Source: Pseudomonadota bacterium (GTDB lineage Bacteria > Bdellovibrionota > FAC87 > UBA2466). Taken from it: DNA of 49,846 bases. The notes beneath the pieces are model-generated. The model worked only from the letters and a program-made list of their open reading frames with translations. It did no database searches and was not told the DNA's origin. The stretch lies in the NCBI GenBank assembly GCA_043718025.1, contig JAYSWN010000177.1:1-49846 (forward strand). Direction: 5' to 3'. Positions 1 to 8,878 of this stretch are shown here, one piece after another (the stretch's first letter is position 1; each line of letters opens with the position of its first letter). The translations under genes and the position numbers were made by a program.

Positions 1-365
1 CGAATGCATGAGTGCAGGTCAAGCAGCCGGCGAAGCGCCACGTTAAGCGAGCGAATGCCACCGCCCACGGGCGTGCTAAGGGGCCCCTTAATGGCGACGC
101 TGTGTTCTTTAATCGCCTCGAGCGTTTCGTCGGGGAGCCAGTTATTTTTTAGTTTGAAGGCCTTTTCACCGGCTAAAACCTCTTTCCACACGATCGATTT
201 CTTGCCGCCGTAGGCCTTGGCTACCGCCGCATCGAGCACTTTTTGTGAAGCCGCCCAGATATCGGGCCCCGTGCCGTCGCCCTCGATAAAGGGGATAACC
301 GGATGGTCGGGCACTTGAATTTCATTTTTAGAATTGAAGGTGATTTTTTGACCGGACGTAGACAT
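1..365 (-). CDS. icd: NADP-dependent isocitrate dehydrogenase, N-terminal part (runs off the window edge)
   Basis: Not in the ORF track. Manual translation from ATG at 365 gives [48 protein letters not shown]...[27 protein letters not shown], the classic IDH N-terminus. GAGG SD upstream. Confidence 0.95.
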   Translation of the reverse strand, partial: MSTSGQKITFNSKNEIQVPDHPVIPFIEGDGTGPDIWAASQKVLDAAVAKAYGGKKSIVWKEVLAGEKAFKLKNNWLPDETLEAIKEHSVAIKGPLSTPVGGGIRSLNVALRRLLDLHSCI

Positions 366-389
366 TGTTTTACCTCAAAATTGCGAGTG

Positions 390-419
390 AGATTATTGGT
401 TTGGCATGAGTATTGTCAA
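390..419 (-). promoter_or_regulatory. Putative sigma70 promoter for icd
   Basis: Minus strand TTGACA-N18-TAATCT, about 25 bp upstream of the icd ATG. Confidence 0.5.
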
Positions 420-546
420 TCAATGCCTGACCGGCCACGAAGGCTGAAGAGCCTTATTGACCAGCCGTTTGCAGACGATACGAATGCCATTTGACCTTCC
501 GGTTCTCCTTCCTGAATAATCCGCGTCAGAAGGAAACCACTTTCAC

Positions 547-1617
547 ATGAAATTATTGCTACTGGCCGCGCTGATGCTGGGAATTAATGCGATTTCCCGA
601 ACATTGCTGCCCGACGAACAAAATAATATTGAGATCTATAAGCGCTGTAATCCGGCGGTGGTCAACATCACTACGGTTACCCTACGGCGCGACTTCTTTT
701 TTGACATCGTTCCGCAACAAGGCATGGGCTCAGGGGCGATCATCAAAGCCGACGGGTACATTCTCACCAATCACCACGTCATTGGGCAGGCGCAAGAGGT
801 GGAAGTTACCCTTTGGGACAAAACCACCTTTCCCGCCCGCGTGATTGGGGCCGACCCCGATTCTGACTTGGCCGTCATCAAAATTGACGCGAAAGGCAAG
901 GTGTTGACCGCATTGGAGTTGGGGAACGGCGCTCCCGAACTTTTGGTCGGACAAAAGGTCTTGGCCATCGGCAATCCTTTTGGCCTCGGCGGGTCGCTGA
1001 GCGTTGGCGTGATTAGCCAATTGGGTCGAGACATCCGGGCGCAGACCAAGCGTTTGATTAAAGACGTGATTCAAACTGACGCGGCCATTAATCCTGGCAA
1101 TTCGGGAGGGCCGCTGCTCGATAGCTCGGGCAAGATGATCGGGGTGAACGCCCAAATTTTTTCAAATAGTGGCGGCAGCGAAGGCATTGGTTTTGCTATT
1201 TCGGTTGAGACCGTAAAAAAGAATATGCCTCAGCTCATTCAGTTTGGGCAGGTGCTGAGGCCGGAGTTGGGAATGAACGGGGCGGGCTTGAGTGAGTCGC
1301 TGTTGAACGCTTTGGGGATTGCTTCGGATCACGGTGTGATGGTGATGGAGTTGGACCCCCGGGGCTTAGCGGCAAAAGCTGGCTTGAAACCGGCGGATCG
1401 GGAATTGGTTTTGGGCTTTCGCCGCATCCCGGTTGGCGGCGACGTGATTACCCAAGTGGACAGCACCCCGGTTTCGACCGTTACCGATATTCTAGACGCA
1501 ATAAGCGAAAAGAAAGTGGGCGAAGTCTCCGTCTTCCATGTTCTGCGCGGAAAAATGAAAAAGCTGATTAACGTGAAAATGACTCTGCCGTCGCGGGCGA
1601 AGGGTAAAAGCCTTTAA
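547..1617 (+). CDS. HtrA/DegP-family trypsin-like serine protease with a PDZ domain
   Basis: Signal peptide; LTNHHV (His), SDLAVIK (Asp), QTDAAINPGNSGGPL (Ser); C-terminal PDZ. Confidence 0.93.
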   Translation: MKLLLLAALMLGINAISRTLLPDEQNNIEIYKRCNPAVVNITTVTLRRDFFFDIVPQQGMGSGAIIKADGYILTNHHVIGQAQEVEVTLWDKTTFPARVIGADPDSDLAVIKIDAKGKVLTALELGNGAPELLVGQKVLAIGNPFGLGGSLSVGVISQLGRDIRAQTKRLIKDVIQTDAAINPGNSGGPLLDSSGKMIGVNAQIFSNSGGSEGIGFAISVETVKKNMPQLIQFGQVLRPELGMNGAGLSESLLNALGIASDHGVMVMELDPRGLAAKAGLKPADRELVLGFRRIPVGGDVITQVDSTPVSTVTDILDAISEKKVGEVSVFHVLRGKMKKLINVKMTLPSRAKGKSL

Positions 1618-1619
1618 AA

Positions 1620-2153
1620 TTACGCCGCCGATTTTTCTTCGAAATCGCCGGGCGCGGCGTTGGGTTCAAATAGGGTGCAAACCCGGTTTACCCGGTAGCG
1701 TAACCCCAGCAAGTCTAACCCTTGAAGGTGCGGAATCGCCTTTAGATGTTTTCGAACTTCTGAGAAATCAGGACGAGGAAACGCCAAAAGGCGTTTCAGT
1801 TCCAGGTAGCTCGCTTGCTCGTTCAGAATGTGCAGATTCAAAAGCGAGCGCAACGAGTCGCTTACGTCCACGAAGTACAAGCCCATCCCGCATTCCACGT
1901 CGCAACGTTGACGATCAAATACTAGGTGGACAACTTTTACCTTTAAGCACACCGAATGGCTTTGGTAAGGAAAACAGAAGGCCACGTGACCCATGGTTTC
2001 GATCGGAAAGAGATCGAGCGTACTCATAAAGATTCCGCCGCGGCTCAAATTTGAGGCGTAGGCCGGAAGCGACTTGCTGCCATCGGTAAAAACTGCCTTT
2101 TCGAAAAAAGGCAGGCGGTACTCTTTTCTTTTTTCTTGAAAATTATCCGTCAT
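1620..2153 (-). CDS. PilZ-domain protein (putative c-di-GMP receptor)
   Basis: EKRKEYR (RxxxR) and NLSRGG (D/NxSxxG) motifs; GMGLYF C-terminal strand. Confidence 0.8.
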   Translation of the reverse strand: MTDNFQEKRKEYRLPFFEKAVFTDGSKSLPAYASNLSRGGIFMSTLDLFPIETMGHVAFCFPYQSHSVCLKVKVVHLVFDRQRCDVECGMGLYFVDVSDSLRSLLNLHILNEQASYLELKRLLAFPRPDFSEVRKHLKAIPHLQGLDLLGLRYRVNRVCTLFEPNAAPGDFEEKSAA

Positions 2154-2174
2154 AAATGCGACCTAAAACTGTGG

Positions 2175-2474
2175 TCACTGCAATACGCGTAGCAATGACT
2201 CACGATCTGAAGTGGAAATGCCATTTGCATCGTTGGCTTTTTTATCTGGGTCGTTCGTAACTCGACGTTCGTCTTTATTCTGATTGAAGTAACGCGGCAG
2301 ACTGGCCACCAACGAAGACTTAGAGAGCTTTACGTTCGTTTTCTTGAAAATTTCTTTTACCCATAAAGAAAAGTGCTCCCCCACCGTGCGGCCGTTGGCG
2401 GGAATTTGGCCTAGGTACAGCACCAAGCCGACGACTAAGAGAAAGCGTAGGGTTTTAAAGATTGAGGTCAGCAT
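2175..2474 (-). CDS. Small membrane-anchored hypothetical protein
   Basis: 99-aa ORF with an N-terminal hydrophobic segment, co-oriented with the PilZ gene. Confidence 0.65.
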   Translation of the reverse strand: MLTSIFKTLRFLLVVGLVLYLGQIPANGRTVGEHFSLWVKEIFKKTNVKLSKSSLVASLPRYFNQNKDERRVTNDPDKKANDANGISTSDRESLLRVLQ

Positions 2475-2632
2475 TCTTTATCTGGAGTTAGAGTGGCGCG
2501 GGTTATTTTCTATTTTACACCAGATGCGGCACAATTGGCCTAGGTTTTTAGATGGGCTGCGGCACAAAAATTCTGCCGCTGGGCCATGTGCAAAATCAAA
2601 AGATCCGTTACTATAATCAATAGGAGACTCTC

Positions 2633-3136
2633 ATGTCACAGCCATCACTGGCCAGGGCGGAGAGTAACGGAACTTGGCTCCCCCTCATCGAATACTCCGT
2701 TCGCAGTGGACTCAGTCTCAGCACGATCCGACGTAAAATTAAGAGTCACACGCTAACCTACAGAATGGAAAACGGCCGGTATCTCATCCTTTTCGAAGGC
2801 ATGAATTCTGGTGCGCGGTCCATGTCCGGTCCGATTCTTCCCATGCTTAATGTGGTGAAATCCTTACCTAAGGAAGCACCGCTTGAAGCGGAGGAGTTTG
2901 ATGCCGCGGTTGTGGAGAATACGAAAAAGGGGAAGCCAATGGAAACACAAAGCGTAGGCAGCTCATTTGTCGACGGCACCGTGAAAATGGTGAGCGAGGC
3001 TTTTGAGTGTGCCCTTCGAGAAAAAGACGAGCGCATCCACCTGCTCGAGAAGAGCAATCGCTCTTTGGAGGAGAGGCTCAACGAGCTTCGCCTTCTGGTT
3101 AAAGTTCTCGAAGAAAAATACGAAGTCCGTTACTAA
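2633..3136 (+). CDS. Hypothetical protein with an N-terminal HTH-like DNA-binding segment and a C-terminal coiled coil
   Basis: WLPLIEYSVRSGLSLSTIRRKIK resembles a MerR/excisionase-type HTH; heptad-rich C-terminus; AGGAG SD and TATAAT upstream. Confidence 0.7.
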   Translation: MSQPSLARAESNGTWLPLIEYSVRSGLSLSTIRRKIKSHTLTYRMENGRYLILFEGMNSGARSMSGPILPMLNVVKSLPKEAPLEAEEFDAAVVENTKKGKPMETQSVGSSFVDGTVKMVSEAFECALREKDERIHLLEKSNRSLEERLNELRLLVKVLEEKYEVRY

Positions 3137-3191
3137 TCAGCCCGGCTAAAGCAAAAACTAATTCGATTTGAAAACGAAAGGCGTGGCCAGC

Positions 3192-3220
3192 GCTCGTGCG
3201 CATTTGCGCGAGCCCTTTCT
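3192..3220 (+). terminator. Possible terminator hairpin after the HTH gene
   Basis: GCTCGTGC-N6-GCGCGAGC stem followed by CCTTTCT (weak U tract). Confidence 0.3.
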
Positions 3221-3329
3221 ACGTGGCTTCTATTTCAAAGAGATTGCAAGGGTCTAGGGGGCGAGAGCCCACTCTGGAAAAGGCACCCCCTTGCCGGATT
3301 GAAGCTACCGCGAATATCCTCGTTTTCTC

Positions 3330-4103
3330 ATGAAACGAATTCTAACCTTGTTAAGTGCCTTGCTCCTGTTCTCCCCACCAAGTCCTGCGGCTGATCTCGG
3401 CCAGCTCTGGAACGAAGCCATTGCCGCTGACACCAACCAGGCCCCCAATGAGCGGGTGCGTCTGTTTTCCCAGTGGATTGAGCTTGCCGCCGCGCAAGGG
3501 ATTAAATCACCCGAAGCGCACGGCCACTTGGCGTTGGCTTACTGGGAAGTGGGCGACACCGGTAAAGCCGTGCTGCACCAAATCGAAAGCGCGAAACTGC
3601 ACGACAGCCCTTTCGCGGCGTGGAAAACCCTGTCGAAGGTGCATCAAATTGAATCTGAGCAGGCCGTACGGGAAGGGGTGTCCACCTCTCCCAGCCTCTA
3701 CCTTTATTTCTTTCTTACTCCGGCGTTAGTTTATTCTTTTGGTTTTTTTTCGCTGTGGAGCTTGGTCGTGGCGGGATTTTTGTATTGGTACCGTGGCAAA
3801 AAAATGATGCGGCTAACGGCGAGTTTAATTTCCTTTGCCCTGTTCTGCGCCATCGTTCCCGTCGGTTACTCGGTCATAAAGCGTTTTTTGGTCAAGCCCA
3901 TCGCGGTGATCGACGTGGCGCAGGGCAAACCCTTGGGCGTTTATCAAAATGCCGAAGCCAAAGAAGAGAATAAAATCATTTCGCTGCCCTCGGGCATTCT
4001 GGTGCGGCCGCAAGAGGTCCAAGGCAACTTTACCCGCATTTCGCAACCTTTAGCGGGTTGGGTTGACACCGGATCTTTAAAAATAATTTCGCTGACGAGG
4101 TAG
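3330..4103 (+). CDS. BatE-like membrane protein (signal peptide, TPR-like helices, two TM segments, SH3-like C-terminus)
   Basis: Signal peptide; AHGHLALAYWEVGDTGKAV TPR-like; two hydrophobic helices; C-terminal GWV typical of SH3b. Confidence 0.6.
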   Translation: MKRILTLLSALLLFSPPSPAADLGQLWNEAIAADTNQAPNERVRLFSQWIELAAAQGIKSPEAHGHLALAYWEVGDTGKAVLHQIESAKLHDSPFAAWKTLSKVHQIESEQAVREGVSTSPSLYLYFFLTPALVYSFGFFSLWSLVVAGFLYWYRGKKMMRLTASLISFALFCAIVPVGYSVIKRFLVKPIAVIDVAQGKPLGVYQNAEAKEENKIISLPSGILVRPQEVQGNFTRISQPLAGWVDTGSLKIISLTR

Positions 4104-4115
4104 TTCGTTAGCGGC

Positions 4116-4652
4116 CTAATGCGCCGCGCCGCCACTGGCAACGGGCCCCTCTTTCAGCAAGCTACCCAGATGCGAGGCCAAGGGCTCCCACGGGGCTTCT
4201 GCCTTATTGAGCAGGGCGTAATGGCTATCGAGGGCGGAACGAAACGCGGTGACAAAATTATTGCGGCGCCGTTCGGTCTCTTCGACCTCGGTTAGAATCT
4301 TTTCAAGCCAGGCTTCGGTCTTGTCGCGCACCTCACCGGCTTTTTGTTCGACTTCGGCGTAAATCTTAAGCGCTTCGGCCTGAGCCCGTTCGCGAATGTC
4401 TCCGGCCTCAGCCTGTAGCCGGTCGCGTTGTTTTTGAATCTCGTTTTCTTTGCCCCGCCACCGGATCACCTCGTCATTGATGCTCTGAATCTTATCCAGC
4501 AGCTCTTTTTCGTGCTTTTGCATCTTTTCCCAAGATTTAGCGATGATTTCGAGAAAGTCGACGACCTCTTTAGGATCGTACCCCAGCATGACGCGCCGAA
4601 ACTCTTTGGTTCGTACTTCTACCGGCGAAAGCTTCTGAGAGGGGGTGCTCAC
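4116..4652 (-). CDS. DivIVA-domain protein
   Basis: LSPVEVRTKEFRRVMLGYDPKEVVDFLE is the DivIVA signature, followed by a coiled coil. Start moved to GTG 4652, which follows an AGGAG SD. Confidence 0.88.
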   Translation of the reverse strand: MSTPSQKLSPVEVRTKEFRRVMLGYDPKEVVDFLEIIAKSWEKMQKHEKELLDKIQSINDEVIRWRGKENEIQKQRDRLQAEAGDIRERAQAEALKIYAEVEQKAGEVRDKTEAWLEKILTEVEETERRRNNFVTAFRSALDSHYALLNKAEAPWEPLASHLGSLLKEGPVASGGAAH

Positions 4653-4807
4653 GGTTATCTCCTGATTCAATTTTTAATGAAAAGTTTCAGCGGTGAAGAT
4701 CGCAAAGGGGAAAATAACACGATCGGAAAACGGTGGTAAAGGGGCGAGGCGAGAAGACTCCGTAAGAGCCTCGAAGCGCCCGAAAGAGCTCCTTCCCTAA
4801 CCCCCCT

Positions 4808-5608
4808 TCAATCCGCATTGCCACCGGAGAGCGCCGCGATAAGGGCAAGATTTTTTGCGGGAACCGCTAAGAAATTAGGGCCAATAAAATCTTCCATTTC
4901 AAATCGGTAATCAGAAAACACCACCCGCTTGGGGTAGATCTTTCCGATGACATAACTATTCGCAATTAAGAGCTCATAAAAATCACGGAGCAACGCCCGG
5001 CTTACGATATTAATTTTTCCGTACTCGAATTGAATCGCGCCGATGCGATGCTCACGCAACGCCGATTCAAACCCTTTAAGCACTTCCAAGTCGTGTCCTT
5101 CGGTATCGATCTTTAAAATGTCTATGCGATCAATGCGCTGTTCGGCCATAAAGTCATCGCCGCGCTTCACTTGCACTTCGGTGACCGTGGCTTTTTCTTT
5201 GTGGTCCTTAAATTCGTAGAAACTCGAAAGGGCGTGGCCATCTTCGAAGTGATGAAAAGTTGCCACAGAGTTCGACGATCCTAGCGCGGAGTTTATTGCG
5301 ACGATGCGATTGGGTTCTTCGTGTGCCTTTAGTAGAGAGTAGACTTGCGGAACCGGTTCGAAGCAGGTGAACTTGGCGTTGGGAAAAATTTGTTTGGCGA
5401 CACTCACCCAACTTCCTTGATTGGCACCCACATCAAAAACTTGCGACACGGGAAATTGCGACAAAACTCGCAAGGTGCGTTCTTCTCCATTACTGCGGTG
5501 ATCGTAATTTAAATTTTCGTAATAACGGTTGAGCGATTTTCCTAATGAAATAAACGGTCGCAACAGCGGGCTGCGGCAGTTTCGTTTGTAAATTTGTTTC
5601 AGGCTCAT
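4808..5608 (-). CDS. FkbM-family SAM-dependent methyltransferase
   Basis: VFDVGANQG, FEPVP, IDILKIDTEGHDLEVLKG, IQFEYG motifs. Confidence 0.92.
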   Translation of the reverse strand: MSLKQIYKRNCRSPLLRPFISLGKSLNRYYENLNYDHRSNGEERTLRVLSQFPVSQVFDVGANQGSWVSVAKQIFPNAKFTCFEPVPQVYSLLKAHEEPNRIVAINSALGSSNSVATFHHFEDGHALSSFYEFKDHKEKATVTEVQVKRGDDFMAEQRIDRIDILKIDTEGHDLEVLKGFESALREHRIGAIQFEYGKINIVSRALLRDFYELLIANSYVIGKIYPKRVVFSDYRFEMEDFIGPNFLAVPAKNLALIAALSGGNAD

Positions 5609-6270
5609 TTGGGCTTTCGCACTCCAAATAAAGCGGTGCCCAGCCGAATTAACGTGGCCCCTTCTTGCAAGGCAATTAAATAGTCATCGCTCGTTCCCAT
5701 CGAAAGCCAACGCCACTGCCCTTTGCCATGGCTAGTAAAAAGGTCACGAAGTTGGGCAAAGTAAGGCCGACGGTTCTCCACGGGTTGTAAAGGCGGCGGC
5801 ATTCCCATGAGGCCGTTTACCACAAGGTTTTCAAGCTGACCAAGCGACTTAAGCATCTCTGGCAAAGTGGCGCGGTCAATTCCTGATTTGCTCTCTTCAC
5901 TGCCCAAATTTATCTCGACCAGCACCGCCAGTTTTTTATTCGAACCAGCGAGGCGCTTATTTAATTCTTCGGCCACCGACAAGCGGTCCAAACTCTGAAT
6001 GCAGTCGTAGGCTAAAAGCTCACGCGCTTTGCGACTTTGAATATGACCGATGAAGTGCCATTCTCCGCCAAAATCAGGCAAGGCCAGACGCAGGGCTGCC
6101 CCTTCTTGCACGTAATTGTTTCCCAAAAATTTGAGGCCTACTGAAGTTAGCTCTCGAACTCGTTCCGCCGTTTGAGCTTTGCAGGCGCCTAAAACGGCCA
6201 CCTTATCGGGGTAAGGGCTGTGCTCTTGAATTTCGGTATCAAGTTGAGAAAGCCGTGAAGTGTCACTCAT
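5605..6270 (-). CDS. yggS: YggS/PLPBP pyridoxal-phosphate homeostasis protein
   Basis: GNNYVQE, WHFIGHIQS, EESKSG, LSMGTSDDY, GATLIRLGTALFG. Start reassigned to ATG 6270. Confidence 0.92.
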   Translation of the reverse strand: MSDTSRLSQLDTEIQEHSPYPDKVAVLGACKAQTAERVRELTSVGLKFLGNNYVQEGAALRLALPDFGGEWHFIGHIQSRKARELLAYDCIQSLDRLSVAEELNKRLAGSNKKLAVLVEINLGSEESKSGIDRATLPEMLKSLGQLENLVVNGLMGMPPPLQPVENRRPYFAQLRDLFTSHGKGQWRWLSMGTSDDYLIALQEGATLIRLGTALFGVRKPK

Positions 6271-6281
6271 CGTCGTAGAAT

Positions 6282-6902
6282 TCACTTGGGGGCAAACCAT
6301 TTGAAAACAGAAATGCCGGTATAGCTCTCAATCTCCCTGAGGAGCCGTTCGATCGGCAAGCCCATCACGTTGGTATAGGAGCCAACAATCTTTTCAATGA
6401 ACAGGCAACTGGCGCCTTGCACGGCGTAGGCTCCGGCTTTGTCGTAAGGCTCGCGCGTATCGGCGTAGCTCTCGATTTCAATTGGAGACAGCTTTCGAAA
6501 AAACACTTCACTGGTTTCAACAAAGGAGTGAACTGCCTGGGTTGAGAGTTGTAGCGCCACTCCGGTCATCACCGTATGCTTGCGTCCCGAAAGAAGCTTA
6601 AGCATCTCAACGGCATCAGCGCGGTCCACCGGTTTGGTAAGAACTTTATTTTCCACCGCCACTAAGGTGTCGGCGCTGATCACAAGCCCTTTTTTGTCAC
6701 CCAGGGCCTTAGCGCCGGCCAACGCTTTGCCTACGGCATTTTCGGAAATCACTGCGGAAAGGTCGCCAATTTCGGGGTGTTTTTCGTTAATATCACAGTG
6801 GACTAAGGTGAAAGAAAGCCCCAGAGCCTCTAGCAGCTGGCGTCTTCGTGGAGAAGTAGAAGCAAGAAAAAGCGGCGGTAACTGGTTGCTTTGAGTTTGC
6901 AT
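6282..6902 (-). CDS. maf: Maf-family nucleoside triphosphate pyrophosphatase
   Basis: LASTSPRRRQLL, ADTLV, DKAGAYAVQG, NVMGLP. Probable start ATG 6902. Confidence 0.93.
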   Translation of the reverse strand: MQTQSNQLPPLFLASTSPRRRQLLEALGLSFTLVHCDINEKHPEIGDLSAVISENAVGKALAGAKALGDKKGLVISADTLVAVENKVLTKPVDRADAVEMLKLLSGRKHTVMTGVALQLSTQAVHSFVETSEVFFRKLSPIEIESYADTREPYDKAGAYAVQGASCLFIEKIVGSYTNVMGLPIERLLREIESYTGISVFKWFAPK

Positions 6903-7106
6903 GGCGCCCAGTTGGACCGTAGAGGAATTAATGCGTTCGGTCAATCGTTCAAAAACTTAAAAATTAAAATTCGTAAAGTATCGAATATACAAATTTTATT
7001 CCCGTTCATGGCACTGCCGCGTCATAAAACCCATCAAGTGTAATGCAAACCATCATGGATCGTGATACAACCCTGTTTCCAAAAAATTTCACTTGTCGGG
7101 GTTTGT

Positions 7107-7601
7107 ATGTATCAATTCAAAGTGGGCGATAACGCAGTTCATCTCTCACACGGAGTAGGTGTTGTACGGGGCATCGAAGAGAGAGAATTCGGCAAAGGCA
7201 ATAAGCAGAGCTTCTATATTTTAGAGATCCACGATAACGGCGCTCCTAAAAAAGTGTTTGTGCCCATTGAAACCGCGGCCCAACGGCTTCGTCCGATCAT
7301 TAAGCCTAACCAGGTTGAAGAAGTTTATAAGATCCTTCGTAATCGTGAACCTTCGGATATCGACCACCAGACTTGGAATCGTCGATACCGTGAGTACATG
7401 GAGAAAATTCACACTGGACAGGTCCATGAGATTGCGCAAGTCTTGCGGGCGCTGTTCCTTCTGAAACACGATAAAGAGCTTTCGTTCGGAGAACGTAAGC
7501 TTCTCGATCAGGCAAAGACCCTTCTCGTTAAAGAGTTGTCTTTGGCTCAAAATCTCAAGGAAGAACAAGTTGAGAAAGAGCTTGAAGCCATCTTCGCGTG
7601 A
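7107..7601 (+). CDS. carD: CarD/CdnL-family RNA-polymerase-binding transcription factor
   Basis: FKVGDNAVHLSHGVGVV, TWNRRYREYMEKI, LSFGERKLL; directly upstream of ispD/ispF as is usual. Start ATG 7107. Confidence 0.92.
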   Translation: MYQFKVGDNAVHLSHGVGVVRGIEEREFGKGNKQSFYILEIHDNGAPKKVFVPIETAAQRLRPIIKPNQVEEVYKILRNREPSDIDHQTWNRRYREYMEKIHTGQVHEIAQVLRALFLLKHDKELSFGERKLLDQAKTLLVKELSLAQNLKEEQVEKELEAIFA

Positions 7602-7646
7602 TAATTCGTTAGGGGCCGTTTTCGCGGCCAAGAAAGTAAAAATCAT

Positions 7647-8426
7647 ATGATGACGATGGACGCCATCCTCTTAGGTGGAGGTGTGGGGTCTCGCTATGCT
7701 TCGACATCGGCGGGCGTACAATCTAATCTTCCCAAACAGTTTCAGATGCTCGGTAACGCGCCAGTTTTCATTCACGGCATGCGGGCACTTTTAGGCATGA
7801 ATTGCTTTCGGCAAATTGTGACCACCGCCCCGCGCGAACAGATAGGCCAAGTCGAAGAGTTGATCGACACCTATTTATTGCCGCCACCGGCCACCTTGAT
7901 TCGAGTCATTGCCGGCGGCGAATCTCGTCAAGCCAGCTCATTTTTAGCTTTAGAAGCCATTGAGGCGCTGAACCCGGTTCCTGACCGGGTGATCATTCAC
8001 GATGCCTGTCGTCCCTTCCTATCTCGCGCTTTTTTAGAGCGAGTAAAGAACTGCCTGCTCGATCGATCTTACGGTGCCTGGGTGCCGGTGGTTCCCGTAG
8101 TGGAAACCCTGAAACGGGTCGAACAAGAACGGGTAGTCGAAACTCTCGATCGCCAGGTGATCCATCGAGTTCAGACTCCGCAGATTTTTGAATTTCAGGT
8201 TATCCGCAGTTTGGCTGAAAAAGTTCGCCATTCGCCTGAACTCCATTTCACCGACGATGCCTCGCTTTGCGAGTATTATGGCATTCCGGTAGGGGCCTTT
8301 GAGGGCGACTTAAGAAATATTAAACTCACCTACGAGTATGAGCATTCAACGCTCGAAAAATTTATTGGCCTTCAAGAGCAAGAGGAAAAATGCGATTCGG
8401 CATCGGCTACGACATCCACCGTCTAG
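7647..8426 (+). CDS. ispD: 2-C-methyl-D-erythritol 4-phosphate cytidylyltransferase
   Basis: LGGGVGSRY, PKQF, IHDACRPF, QTPQIF, TDDAS, NIKLT. Confidence 0.92.
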   Translation: MMTMDAILLGGGVGSRYASTSAGVQSNLPKQFQMLGNAPVFIHGMRALLGMNCFRQIVTTAPREQIGQVEELIDTYLLPPPATLIRVIAGGESRQASSFLALEAIEALNPVPDRVIIHDACRPFLSRAFLERVKNCLLDRSYGAWVPVVPVVETLKRVEQERVVETLDRQVIHRVQTPQIFEFQVIRSLAEKVRHSPELHFTDDASLCEYYGIPVGAFEGDLRNIKLTYEYEHSTLEKFIGLQEQEEKCDSASATTSTV

Positions 8427-8878
8427 AAGCGGTGACCCCCGACGGCAGCATCCTTCTTGGTGGCGTGGCCATCGCTTGCCCCTTTAAAGTCGTTGCTCAC
8501 TCTGACGGCGACGTCATTCTTCATTCGGTTACCGACGCCATTTTAGGAAGCCTCGCCTTGGGAGACATTGGGCAATGGTTTTCCGATAAGGATCCTAAAA
8601 ACAAAGGGCGAAACAGTTTAGAGTTTCTGGCAACGGCTCTGGCGGAAGTGCGCCGCCTTGGTTGGCATGTTGCCCAAGTCGATATTAATGTATTTGCTGA
8701 AGCGCCCAAGATCGCGCCGCACTGTGAAGAGATCAGAACTAAGTTAGCTCATGCCCTCGAGTTAGAGATGACTTCAGTAAGCGTGAAGGCAAAAACCATG
8801 GAAGGCTTAGGCGCCATCGGCGAAAAAAAAGCGATAGCCGCTCAAGCCCTCATTTCATTACGTGAAGCGAAAACCTAA
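8390..8878 (+). CDS. ispF: 2-C-methyl-D-erythritol 2,4-cyclodiphosphate synthase
   Basis: RFGIGYDIH, HSDGDV, GDIGQWF, KAKTMEGLG. Confidence 0.95.
   Translation: MRFGIGYDIHRLEAVTPDGSILLGGVAIACPFKVVAHSDGDVILHSVTDAILGSLALGDIGQWFSDKDPKNKGRNSLEFLATALAEVRRLGWHVAQVDINVFAEAPKIAPHCEEIRTKLAHALELEMTSVSVKAKTMEGLGAIGEKKAIAAQALISLREAKT

Noticed and set aside
402..417. Sigma54 box TGGCATG-AGTA-TTGTC upstream of the HtrA gene
   Set aside because: The -12 position is GT rather than GC, it overlaps the icd -35 box, and it is far from the start codon.
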